A program made the position numbers and the translations under genes. The notes below the pieces were generated by a model. The model was not told where the DNA came from and did not search any database. It saw only the letters and a program-made list of their open reading frames with translations. This document shows, one piece after another, positions 15,046-27,792 of a stretch of DNA of 64,000 nucleotides (positions are counted from its first letter, which is position 1; each line of letters begins with the position of its first letter). Source of the DNA: Azolla caroliniana (Eukaryota; Plantae; Polypodiophyta); contig JBHGNT010000006.1 of NCBI GenBank assembly GCA_043228905.1, positions 9,114,001-9,178,000 of the forward strand. Reading direction: 5' to 3'.

Positions 15046-15419
15046 TGTGACTCGAGCGGGACCACAAGGACATGACCATAGGAGGACTTTCGCCAAATGA
15101 GACAATCTTTTGACTGCTTCGTTGTTCTCCTTGAGTGGTGACAACTCAAATGTAAAAAACGTCGTCAACATAGGCAATGATGCGAACAAAGGGGTTTATG
15201 CGAAAAATGGAGTTGATGCGAATGACGAAATCAACATGAACGAAAGGAGTCGATGCGAACATAGGAATTGAGGTAAATGATTCTACACTTGAGAAGATGA
15301 TGATGATGATGATGAAGATGAAGATGACGAAGAACCCTAAATACTTGCAAAGAAGAAGAAGAAGAAGAAGAAGAAGATGACGAAGAACCCTAAATACTTG
15401 CAAAGAAGAAGAAGAAGAA

Positions 15420-15457
<38 letters not shown>

Positions 15458-18174
15458 CGACGAAGAACCCTAAATACTCATGACGAAGAGGAAAAAATAA
15501 AACCCTAAAAACCTCAAGTATCTTTATAAGAAAAAGAAGAATTGTAACTGAAGAATAGGACACCCAAAAACCCTCATGGTATGCTCCCAACTACAAAATG
15601 AGCAACCCTGAAATAAACTCTCTTCTCTTTAAAACAACTCTTATTCTTTAGAAGAAAAATTATAGAAAAAGAGGTCCCTATTTTTCACATGCCTTTTTTC
15701 CCTCTTGTAGGAGAGATTCGAACTCTATACCTCTTGTAGATAATCAAAACCCTTAACGACTAAATCATAATTAACATGAGGAGAGATTTAAACTCTATCT
15801 TTTTTATAAACAATCAATACCCTTAACCACTAGACTACTACTCTATTTACTATTTTTATATTTTCAAACTAAAAAATACTACTCTATTTACTATTTTTTA
15901 AATCAACCTTGAGTACTCGTTGTTCCCCCATTAAGTACATGCTCTCTTTTAGGCCTTTAGGTGCCCACATTGACACCCACTTTTTATGTCTCTCGTTTCT
16001 CGTTTCATTCTTTTTCATGGTATTCTCTTTCGTTAGAGTTTACTACCATTCCTTCGATCTTCATACCTATGTCCTTCTTCGAGATTTCCAAAGGAACACA
16101 TGTTGTTTCTATGTTAGTGCCCTCCTTCAAGTTGGATGTCACGTTTACATCCAAAGGAAGACTCGTGGTGGCATGCTACCTGTTTGGCCCTCATCGTGCA
16201 CTATGGTGCTAGTTTTGGCCACTCCATCCTTGAATTGGCTCCTACATTCACTTTTTCCCCACCATCTTCCGTCTTCCAAGTCTTACATTAGTTCCCGGTC
16301 ACATTTGCCCAAGTCTTTAGAACTACTAGGGAGGAAGTTCTTGTGCATTTGTCTTCTTTCTCCATAGTCATGTTGCCCATAGCCAACTCCATCTTGGCGT
16401 TGTTGTTTGTTGCTATCTCCCAAACCATATAGATCTCATACCCATTGACCTCCTCAATCACGAAAGCTTTGATTATTCTTGCCTCTTCGTCGATACAAGT
16501 TTTGAAACCCTCGCCCACTCTCAGGGCCGCGTTTGTCACTTTTGTGCTCTCGGCTCATCCTTGGCCGTCATTTCATCGTAAGATGAGATGGTGGTTTGTT
16601 CCACGCCTTCTCATTTGGTACATCCATCATTTCGTAATTGGGCCATCATATCAGTCACATCCTTTGTCTGCATACTTGACCAAGAGGTGACTTTGCCCTC
16701 TCCCATCCGTTGCTTAGGTTTTGGCTCAATTGTTGCCTTCACTTTGGCTTCAACTTGCCCCTTTAAGCTCTTTTAAGCTTTTCTTATGTAGGCTTCCAAA
16801 TCGAGTTCCATCATACTTTTTTACATTGAGCTCTCTTCCTTTGGTGGTAGTGGGTTGACCCATCTCAACATCCTTTAACCATTAGTAGTGGGTTCTATCA
16901 AAGTCGACGAGATTTCCGTCTCCCGTCTATCATGCCACCGGCATACTCTTCCCACTTTGATGCAATCTTCGGTGAGTCCATTTGCACCGTCATCGTCCTT
17001 TAGCTAGACTCCGATAGTCATCCTTTCCATTTGATCGACCATGTTCATGGACATTAGGTCCTTATCCACCCCACTAGTCTTTGATCCTACCATGAGAGTT
17101 GCATAAAATGACGCTCAAACTCTAGGAGCGCATGCATAGCACGTTGATGTGTCTTCGATGATGCCACCCATTTGTCGAACTCACAACAACTTCGTCCCTT
17201 CAACTCTTCATAGTCGTACTTCTTGAGTAATGCTTTCTTGAGGGATCTCCATGAGTTTTGAGTTTCTTTAAGGTTTTTGACCTCCTCATATATGGGCATC
17301 GCCACCACTTGACAAAAACATTTGAGCTTTTGTGCCTAGCCCACATCTTTCTTATTCATTTCAACAGTATAGGCTTCTCGAGGGGAACCAAAAGGGCTTG
17401 AATTAGGAGGACGTTCGCCAACAAGAAGATTCTTTTGAATGCTTCAATGTTCTCCTTGCGTGGCGGCAGCTCAAACATCAAAAATGACATCAACATAGGC
17501 AATGACGCCAACAAAGGGGTTACCACGAAAGATGGAGTCGATGCGGACATAGGTGACAATGCGAACGAAGGAGTTGGCGTGAATGAAAGGAGTTGATGTG
17601 AATGAAAGACCACAATGCAAATGTAGGATTTGAGGTAAACAATGGTACACTTGAGGAGAAGAAGAAGAAGAAGATGATGATGATGATAAAGATGAAGAAC
17701 CCTAAATACTTGTAAAGAAGAAGAAGAAGAAGAAGAAGACGAAGAAGATGATGAGGATGAGGATGAAGACGAAGAAGAACCCCAAATACTCATGAAGAAA
17801 AGGAAAAAAAATACAACCCTAAAAACCTCAAGCATCTTTGATAAGAAGAAGAAGAGGAACTATAAAGTGAAGAAGAGGAAGCCCAAAAACCCTAATGGTA
17901 CGCTCCCATCCACAAAATGAGCGATCCCGAAATAAGCGTCATTCTCTTATAAACAAAAGAGGTCCCTATTTTTCACATGCTTTTGTTTCCTTTTTTGATA
18001 GATCAAAATTGCAAAAGAAAAATATTTCTTTACTCAACACTAGGATATGTACCTTAGAACTCTATGCCTTCTATAGATAGTCAATACCCTTAACGACTAG
18101 ACTACTTAAATTTATTTATTATATTAAAGTTTCAAATATTCATATATTGGAAATCGGTGAAATACTAAATGACA
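15046..18174 (-). mobile_element. Internally deleted LTR retrotransposon (gag remnant) inserted in the MULE transposase
   Basis: Long direct repeats ~15046-15910 and ~17376-18174 with outer TG...CA ends; gag-like VAMPIYEEVKNL...SWRSLKKALLKKY; PPT-like GGGGGAACA on the minus strand at ~15920-15928; no clean TSD. Confidence 0.7.
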
Positions 18175-18802
18175 TGGGGGGAATGTGTGTCATCAAATAT
18201 ACAAGACAAGGCCCCTACAAGTGATCGAGGTAGAATCCCTTAAATTAGATGATACGCTCACAAATGTTCAAACCAAATATCACACACGCTTTCGGAAAGG
18301 GGTCCAAAATGTGCGTGTGGGACTAGGTATGATTTGTCATCGCGGTGGTGTGCCTCAACATGTTTATCCTTGCACTCGATGGAAAAACGCGATGTGGGTA
18401 TAACTTCCATGTCGACATTAAAAGGAATTAAGGGGTTGACAATGGGACCATGGGACCATTACAATATATGGACCTCATAGTGGTCATGTTCTTGAAAGTA
18501 GACTGGATGTGTACCATTTTTCGGCACACCCAAATGTCATATGTTGTTGCAAAGATGACCTATTTGATGTTGGTTATGCAAGGCATGTTGCATGGACGTG
18601 CATGCATAAAGAAACATATCACAAGTCCAAGGGTAGTCCATTAGAAGTTAGAACTTGTTAGCCATAGGTTCTTTATACACCAAAGAAGGTCCATAACATG
18701 GAAAATACGTTAAAGATTGGGAGTGCCATGCTAGAGGTTGATTAGTCTTTGATGATGCAAGATGCGTATGCAGTTTGAGATCTTGGGAAAGTGGCTCATG
18801 TC

Positions 18803-19233
18803 TAACAATTGGCAATGGTTTGGTTTGAACCGAATCAAACTACGAAACCGCGACTTAACGGCGTAACGGTTCAAACAGTTCAGTTTTAATGGTTTGATGG
18901 TTTTAAATTTTTTTTTTAAAACAAAGTTGTCATTTTAAAGCCTAATTCTCACATTTTAGGAAAAATCTTTAAAACTTTGAAAAATTAAAATTTGAAATAA
19001 TGAAAATTTTTAAATTTTAAATTGGAATTTTGACCTAAGTTGAAAACCAAAACTGAATCACTAAACCGTGTTTTTGGCGGTTTAATGGTTTAACAATTTG
19101 GAATTTTACCTAATGGTTTGGTTTAATGGTTTCATGGTTCAGTTGGTTCGGGTCAGGTTTCAAAAAATTTTAACAGTTCACTTTGGACATTCTCCAACCA
19201 AACCAAACTTAATCAAACCGTTGACGATTGTTA
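18803..19233. mobile_element. hAT-type MITE inside the MULE transposase
   Basis: TIR TAACAATTGGCAATGGTTTG / CAAACCGTTGACGATTGTTA; degenerate 8-bp TSD CTCATGTC / CTCGCATC; AAACCG motifs. Confidence 0.75.
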
Positions 19234-22200
19234 CTCGCATCCAACCCTCCTTGCCTGGACCAAATGAATCTCCAACCATGCAAGCATTTATCTTCATACT
19301 TCAAGAGCAAAACAACTATTGGGCAATCGACTCCACATTTTAAACAAACCAATTCGAGTTGCCATTATATGTTGTTGTTGCCCCAAATGCCATGGGAACG
19401 AGGATCCCATTATGGTACAATATTTGTAGTTCTGACAAGGGGTTAATCCATGAGCAATTTGCATTAGAAACTTGCTTGAGAGTCATATTCACAAGGACGC
19501 CGAAGGTGAGGCAAAATGCAATAGTGATCAATAAATGTTGGATGTCATATAATGCCATATCTAATGTGGTTGCTCAAGATTGTCAATCTTGGATTGTTAC
19601 AAATGGGCAATGTTCACAAACACATTGTCATCTTTTGTTGTGTCAGTTCCACGCCAAAAAATCATGGCTAGACAACTTGTTGGCCAAAGCAAGTGCTATC
19701 GAGAGAAACCATCTCTATCAATGGATGTGCCAACTCATGCATTGCATTATGGAATCCGTGTTAAATGTTATGTGTGAGGAATTAAAGGTAGAGTATGTGG
19801 ACAAACTCGATGTTTAACAATATATAAAAGAAGGATGGTGTGGCTTGATGCGTGTGTGGAGGAAACTATGGCCCAAGTTTGGTAAATTATTCAACCACGA
19901 ACACGTTGAAACTACCAATATTGTTGAGAGACATTGACAATCGATCCACTACACTGCCTTGAGAGGAAGAATAAACCGATCTATTACTGACTTATGCATG
20001 TCTTAATCAAGGACAATGAAACCGGCACTTGCATTGGAGGGACCGTCATAGAATGGTACATGCAACGACAAGAAATATGTGGGAGTGGTAGATTTGTGCC
20101 CCATGCAAATTGTAGGGATGAAACGTTTAGACTTAAAGAGGTCAAGAGGATACTTGAAATGTCTATGACTGATAACAACACAATACATATTGTAGATGAA
20201 GCTTGATATTGGTTTATAATATTGAGCATAACAACTCCCATTGTATGGTATAATGTCTCTCTCCAATTTTCATATCGTGATTGCCAAGTCCTTGCCAAGT
20301 CCTTACTCATATTTTGGATGATTATTGAGAGGCATACGCCATCCCTATGTGGCTCATTACCATTTATGGATTATCCGGCCCAAATGCGAATGAATGATAT
20401 AACAGAAATCGAAGTGGAGACAGAGGTAGAACCAACCATGGAGAGAAACCCTAAAACATCTAACATGGAATAATGGAAGTCTAGAATACAAACAATTGAG
20501 GAAGCTATTCGATGGCTCAAGCAAGGTCTACAATCCTTTGACTAGGATGTTATTGAGTATTGTATATAGACATTGGAACATCTATCACAAAAGTTGCATG
20601 GTTTAGGTACACCAAAATCAACCAACGAAGAAGGCGCTAGATCCATAAGTCGTAAGCAACCAATTGTTACAAAAAGAGGAGCGACGATCGACATCTCGCA
20701 AGAACTTATTGGCAGCTCTCGAAATACTTCCAAATCTCAACCTAGAAAACTGCATAGAGGTGCAAGTCGGGCTGGGAGGTGGTTGCCAATATGTGAGACT
20801 AAGAAGGTTCGAAGTTTTCATTGTCGTGGTTTGACCTTGAATTCAAGGGACTCGAAATTGATGCAAGAATTGTGGCTACATTTTGCCATCATCCCCACAT
20901 GAGCCATAATCTCTGCTTACGTATGGATTCAATTTTCATCTTTAGGTTTTTTTTACTTGGATTTTGTACATTTTGTGATGTTAGAAACATTTTGTGGCTA
21001 GAAATTTGTGTAGTTTTAAGTTTTTTGTAATTGGAAGTTTTTGGGTTTTTAGTGGAATTTTGGTGTAAGATTTTGATGTCAAATTTTTTTGTTTTACACT
21101 TAAATATATTTGAGTCGAGCTCGGCTTGCCCTAAGTCGGTCGAACGCTTGGCCTAAGATGGTCAACCACCTATAGTCAGAGAGTAAGGTTCCTAATGACA
21201 GAGGTTGTCAACTTTTTGCATGGGATACCTTTTTGGATAAAGATCACACATGCCCTTAGCTAAGCGCCCTGCACTGTCCATGGCCGCGATTCCATCACTA
21301 GGCCTCTTTATGATTTGGTAGCAAATATCTGATAGACATGAGCAAACGTATACATATATATTATGTATATAAATATACATTATCTGTGATTCCCTCACCA
21401 GGCCTCTTTATGATTTGGTAGCAGATATCTTATAGACACGAGCATAAGCATAGATTGACATATTCACATTCGTGGGGCTTGCCACACGAATGCATACGAA
21501 TACATGTAAATGTATTCATTTTCTTTTTTTTTAAATTTTAAAAAAATAAATAAATTTAATTAATTGAGTTTTTTCTGCGAGTGAGCAAACAATGAACAAG
21601 CAGCAACCGAGGAAGCCTCACCCTACTCCCTCTACGTGCTGCTTACACCCTCGCCTCCCTCTACATCTTGTTCTCGGCCAGAAAATTAGGGTTTCCGTTT
21701 AAAACCCTAATTTCTGTCATAATCCTAATTTTGACAAAATTTCTTCTTTTCAGCCAACGTCCTCGACTCTCTCTCATACTCTATAGTGTACACTAATCCT
21801 ACATCCTATTGTCTGCTACAAACTTAGGGTTTCACTGAAACCCTAAGTTTTGCCAAAGCCCTAATTAATTAATTAACTAATATTTTTCAATGAATTAATT
21901 AATGTTTTAATGAATTAAGATATGTATTTGTAAATTAATTAATGTATTAATGAATCAATTAATGTTTAAGTGAATTAATTAATTATTAGTAAATTAATTA
22001 TTATATTAGTGAGTTAATTAATTATTGATGCATGTGTGCATATACATATATGTATGTGTGTATATGTATCTATGTATGTGTGTATGTGTGTATATGTGTA
22101 TATGTGTTACGGGCATGACCATATAATATCCTGTGGTGAGAATTTACCGTAGTATTCTATACACGTGGATAAGTGTAAGGGTTAAACGAGAGTGTAAAGA

Positions 22201-23814
22201 AGGGGAGGATTACTTTTAATCCTCGGGATTGACACAACCCATTAGGCCAAGTGTGAACTTGCCTGGGGGCCTTGGATCTCGCTATAATTATGAGGCCTAA
22301 CTACCCTCATTTCATCATCTCTTGACTAAGTCGAGACTCTGTTTTGTGGTGGGTCAACTCTTGTAGCGAGCGCGCCATCACCAAGTATAACTTGACGCCA
22401 CGATGGTGGTATGGGATGCCAATCGAGGCTCGAGTCCGTCTCGATCCCTTCTCTCGGGGTGGTCGAGTGGATCGACACCCTTCTTTCTCTCTCTCCTTTC
22501 TTATTTCATATATATTATATCCTTATCATATGTTTACATTAGATCATCACTCTAACAGTTGGTAACAGAGATTATGTTTCTAATGTTTCTTTTGTTGGTT
22601 TTTGTTGTCTTCTTGATGGACGGTGATCGATCGACGTGTGGTCGACCTTGATCCAGATAGTGATCGACAAAGGAACTTCAGTAACTCTTTCTTGTTTTTT
22701 CTATTATTATTCTCCCATTCTAATCATTTATAGTCCATATGTTTTTTCTTTTATTGATTCAATGATGTTGTAGTGGTAACGGATTGGTTATATAAAACGT
22801 ATTCATATGTGTATAAGATCAATACCTCATTTGACACATATTTGATATGTGATTCGTGTTGTATGCATATGAGGTTAATACCTCAAATGCGTATTATGTT
22901 CACATACATATGTTATGTATGCGTATGTTAAGCTCTTGGATCGCACCAAGACCGGCAATGAAGAAGAGCGCATCAACAAGGACATAGTATGGCTAAAGGA
23001 CATACGAAGAGGGAATGGCAAGAGGAAAGAGGGCTAAGGGACATCTAAGTGGTGAAAGGTCCATACCCTAAATGTAAATGCTATATAAACCACATGGTGG
23101 TGGCTTTGTAAGGGTTCTTCCATTTGTAAAGATCTCCCTATTGATTAAGAGCTAGAGTTTCCTCTCCTCCTTGTAACCTTTAAGCTTAAGAGAGATTAGT
23201 GAGGTGTTTAGTTAGAGAACACTAATCTCTCTTCCTTGTTGGTGCTAGAACTCTTAGCAAAGAGGGTTAATAACATATTCATTACTCTTATTGTCTACAT
23301 TCATTACCCTATTGTCTATGAGAGTGAGTTTGAGAGAGTGAGAGAGATATTGTGCTTTATCATCTATTAATCGTTAAGTGAGTGTGAGGCACGAAGGTGT
23401 CTGACAACCATCTCCACCCGATTCGCCATCAAAAGGGTATATGCCGGTCCAAACTCCGCGAACGACATCGAGGAGTTAATCCATCGATACATAGATCCTA
23501 CACATCTATTTGGCGCTGCTGCCGGGGATACGACTGACGCTTGAAGCCAACTTTGAGTGATCAAACACTCGTACACAACCCACTTAACGAGGGGAGAAAT
23601 CGAAAGGAAACCATGTTAATTAAAATTTTCACTACTTCACATTTTCATTAAGTTAATTTTATGTTATTTTTAGTTTTAATTTCCCCCCTCTTAATTGCTC
23701 GTACAACTGACGCTTGCAGGGCAAAAGTGATCATCGTGATTCTCACTGATTTCGATTATCCTACGGGACAAGAAACAACCGTTGGCGCCAAAAACATTCG
23801 AATTTCCCGCTTAG

Positions 23815-24240
23815 AGTTCGTCGAAAGATCAAGTTCGACAAGAGAACATCCTTCAACGAAAGATCAAAGTTTGCCAAACCCACAAAGTTCAATGAAAGAT
23901 CAAAGTTCGACGAACCCACATCCTTCGACGAAAGATCAAAGTTCGACGAACCCACATCTTTCGACGAAAGATCAAAGTTCGACGAACCCACATCTTTCGA
24001 CGAAACGTCAAAGTTTGCCAATCCCTCAAAGTTCGACAAACCCACATCCTTCAATGAAAGATCAAAGTTCGACGAACCCACATCTTTCGACGAAACGTCA
24101 TGTTCGACAAGGGACCATCTTTCAACGAAAGATCATCCTTCGTCGAAAGACCAGACTCGTTTGATAAGGGGAGCATCTTTCGACGAAAGATCAAAGTTTT
24201 CCAAACCCAGTTCGACGAAAGATCATCTTTCGACGAACCC
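23815..24240 (+). repeat. 36-bp tandem array in the gypsy 5' leader
   Basis: Unit AAAGATCAAAGTTCGACGAACCCACATCTTTCGACG, repeated contiguously with variants; translates as KDQSSTNPHLST repeats. Confidence 0.9.
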
Positions 24241-24260
24241 GCAAAGCTTGACAAGAGAAC

Positions 24261-26290
24261 ATGGCTGGATCTTCATGGATGGAGATGTTCAAAACCCGAC
24301 CCACACGCCAGGAGGAGTCCACACAAACCAACCAAACACACGGTGTTGACCCATCTAACCCGACTCGATACCACGGAGGGTGGTTAACCCCGGGGATGCT
24401 ACCAAACATGAACCTCCCATCGAGCCTAGCAACTAAAGCACCTCTCAACACACCCCCACTACAGGAGAGCCCAATGGCAGACCCACTCAGCGTAGAGCGA
24501 CACATACGGGATGCCGCGCAGGAGTTATGTGTGATAGAACAAGAAATCAATATATGGACGATGCAACTCGCGAAAGGGGGACAATCGGAAATCATCACTC
24601 GAGATATTGAAGCCGCTTTGGCAGAAAGGAAAGATAGGTTCGCGCGAGTGCAACAAAAACTTCACCTCCCAGAAGCATCATCACATACACACCGTCGAGG
24701 CCGTGAGCCCAGCCCTGCACCGCATTCGAGCACAACGGGCGACAACCCTAATGAAGCACACACGCAATGACACCCGACACTGCCACGTATGGACATGACC
24801 CCTACAGCCGACCAAACTACCTCAACACCCCCGAACACCGAACTTGCACTAGCATTACAATCCATCCAAACCCTTGTGGCATTGATGGAAAAAGAGCGAG
24901 TGCCCACGGACAATGCGAGAAACCCCACAAACGACAACGGGAAGAGTGCTTCCATTTCTAAACTAGTACCCTGTTTTCTCGGTTTTGGTGACACCTATGA
25001 TCACGTAGAGAGGTTCAAGCAAATATGTCGAGCTTATGAGCCCCTCACAGAGACCATAAAAGTAGTTGCATTCGGACTTACACTCGATGACCAAGCCGGA
25101 ATTTGGTTTAGGACCTTGAATGAGGACATCGTCACGGATTTCGAGTATGTCATAGAAGATTTCTTGATAAACTTCGCTCGTCCAGGGAATAAATGGAACC
25201 CGATCAACCAACATTTCGCCCTCAAGCAAGAAGCAAACAAGACTGTCAGGGACTACATACGCCGCACGAAAAGCCTTCACCATTGTTGTAGCCCGAGCGA
25301 CAAGATGTCGGATGAAAAATTGATGAGCTGCTTCATCAATGGGTTGTTTGACCTGACACTCCAAAATTTCTTGATTGCCTGGATGTGTCAGTCATTCGTT
25401 GAGGCTTGCACGGTAGTGATGCCTTTCGAAGATTCAATGAGGGGGTTATGGATACCCACTCAAGCGCATACGAACAATCGTGAGAAGCCCTCGGATCCCA
25501 CTCCACCCACGCCACCAAGACCACCCCGTATAGAAAGACCCCAAGCAAACACCCAAAGAGAAAATGTAAGGTGTACGGTGTGCCATGGCCATCACATGGG
25601 GCATGGGTGCCCCCTCCTCCACCAACGGCGGCCGCAATACTGTAAGTGGTACAAAGCCTTCGTGATGCATTCTCAAGAGAACTGCTGGCAAGCCCCAAAC
25701 GGAAGGTATAGGCAAACACTAATGGTCGAGCACCCACGCTCACCTCCACCGCTTTGCCGCCCACAACTACCAGCAATACTTCCCCAACAACCCCCACTAC
25801 CACGTATCGGCGCTCGCCTTGGCGAACTAGAATACACCATCGATAACCAAACTCGGGTTTGGGGGGGGGGGGGGGGGCGAATATGAAGACTCATACCGAG
25901 AGTACGATGTTGAAGAAGAGGTGCTTTCCCACTTCATGGACTTCGAAGGCGACCAAATACCATTGTACGTCTTGAGAGGAGAAGAAAGGGGCCCGTCGAT
26001 GGGATATCGCAACAATAATGGTCTAAGAAGGTCATAATTGAAATGTTTCAATTGCCAAGGCCCACACATGGTTAGCGAGTGCCCAACTAAACATGAGTAC
26101 TACAACTGGATGGCACAACGACCATGACGCCACCCACTCGAAACACCCCCAAAACCACTGGTACAAAGTCTCACCCAACAGTCACACGACCTTATCGAGT
26201 GGTTCCAAAGAGAAGAATCATGCCTAGGGTGTGGTAAAGAACACTTAGTACCTGATTGCCCAGAAAAAAAGAAACAGATTGGCGCAAATC
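24261..26290 (+). pseudogene. Gypsy gag, disrupted, with several zinc knuckles
   Basis: ORFs 24261-24770 and 24789-25886 share a frame separated by one TGA; capsid-like LKQEANKTVRDYIRR...FINGL; knuckles CTVCHGHHMGHGC, CFNCQGPHMVSEC, CLGCGKEHLVPDC. Confidence 0.85.
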
Positions 26291-26560
26291 TGTTATCCAT
26301 CGTACCATCAACGGTTGGCTCCAACGTCATCACACGAGCTCAAAGAGTAGCTCATAACTTAAAGTATCACAACCAAGGCCTCCCCACGACTACGCATAAG
26401 AGACGAAAATCCAAAAAAAATGCATCCACGCAGACCTCAAAGCAAGAGGGAGACGTAGAAACAACACCCGTCAACCCTAACCAAGGGCTGCTAGCAGCAA
26501 CATACACAAACCCAGTGGCTGAAAAACAAAAGGTCGAAGAGTACATCAAACTCATACGAC

Positions 26561-27117
26561 ATGAACAGTTCGAAGGAAATAGAGTTCACACTTGAAGAGC
26601 TGCTCAAACTCGACATCCAACCATGGCACGATGTCCTTCGCCACCTCAATGGAGGCCTATCAGCAGGTTACGGAGAAAAGATACACACCCACGTCCCTCA
26701 TACTACCACAGTCCGTAAACAACCCGAAGGAACACTAGTAGATATATGTGAAGCTCGCTTCAAGAACGACGATACTAGTTTCACTCTCCTCGTCTGCGTC
26801 TACGGCACGACGTGTGACGCGATCATTGACACCAGAGCAAGGGTAAGTATAGTCAGCTACGAATGTTGGTGTAAGTGGGGGAGCCCAAAAATGCTTCCTT
26901 CAGATGTCAAACTCCGAATGGCAGATGGGTCCATCCAACGGCCAGAAGGCATGATCCCTGCACACCACTTCACTATTCACAGGGTCGAGTTCAATCTCAC
27001 CTTCATCATCACAAGATTATCCAATCATGTGGCTTACTAGTGTTTGCTAAGGAGGCCATTCCTATGAGTAAGTCGCCTTGTGATGGATTTTGGGAACGAT
27101 ACAATCTATATGCGTAA
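26561..27117 (+). pseudogene. Gypsy aspartic protease 1
   Basis: AIIDTRARVS (DTG-like), LRMADGS, and CLLRRPFL after a stop (LLGRPFL-like). Confidence 0.8.
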
Positions 27118-27469
27118 AAACAAGAAAACCTTTCGAATCAAAGCATACACATAAAAAGTGCACGGGCAAGAACGCAACCCTCTCGTGGACGACTGGTCAG
27201 AAACCACCAAGTTCGAGACCAACCTCCTAGCATGTAACCCCACAAAGACAGTTCAGATCTTGGCTAGGGGTCAACTGTTTCCCCAAAAATCCACTAATCC
27301 TAGGGTAGAGAATGCGAGAGAAGACCAATCCATAGCTTCCGATGTGTTAGAGATGAATTGGGTGCACGCTCTCGCCACGACCGACACAATGTACCCCATT
27401 GGTACAAAGTGTCGCGACGAGGATGGAGACACGATCTCGTGTTTTAATGTCACCGCTCTTGTACCTCAA

Positions 27470-27724
27470 CGAAAACAAGTAGAAGTAAGAGATAAAGACC
27501 TAGCTGAAGGGGACACGACTCTCAAATTCGCCTCTCAACGACACAAGAAGAAGCTCAAATTACGTGGCAAAGGCCCCTATGTGATCTTAGAGATTACCAA
27601 GAGAAGAGCATGTCGAATACGCTCGCTCGAAGAACTCAACATCCCAAGATTCATCAATGGGAGCAAGCTCAAATGTTACTACGGACCCCTCACCCTCAAA
27701 GCCCTACTCACGGCTCGACAATGA
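27470..27724 (+). pseudogene. Integrase C-terminal GPY/F remnant
   Basis: KKKLKLRGKGPYVILEI...INGSKLKCYY; no RT, RNase H or DDE core between protease 1 and this segment. Confidence 0.75.
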
Positions 27725-27792
27725 GAAGTGGAAGCCAAACTTAAGGCATCCGAAGGCCAAATGGCCCGACTAGAAACCGACCTTCGCAATGC

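Larger units (their letters stand above)
14330..21342 (+). mobile_element. Mutator-like (MULE) transposon with decayed transposase, interrupted by two insertions
   Basis: MULE DDE motifs WAIDSTF*TNQFELPLY, LLCQFHAKKSW and HVETTNIVERH, plus a SWIM-like remnant near 20250-20310. The frame KVCTC|GGNVCHQ resumes across the 15046-18174 insertion. The right terminal sequence 21190-21342 is the reverse complement of the terminus at 35502. Confidence 0.8.

Noticed and set aside
17356-17835. Poly-Ser/His/Leu ORFs
   Set aside because: Translations of GAA/GAT microsatellites inside LTRs.
21685-21865. TAGGGTTT/AAACCCTA motifs as interstitial telomere
   Set aside because: Isolated inverted telo-box pairs inside a TE, not a tandem telomeric array.
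23815-24240. 36-bp repeats as a CRISPR array or repeat-protein gene
   Set aside because: Units are contiguous with no unique spacers, lie in a retrotransposon leader in eukaryotic DNA, and give ORFs only because the unit length is a multiple of three.
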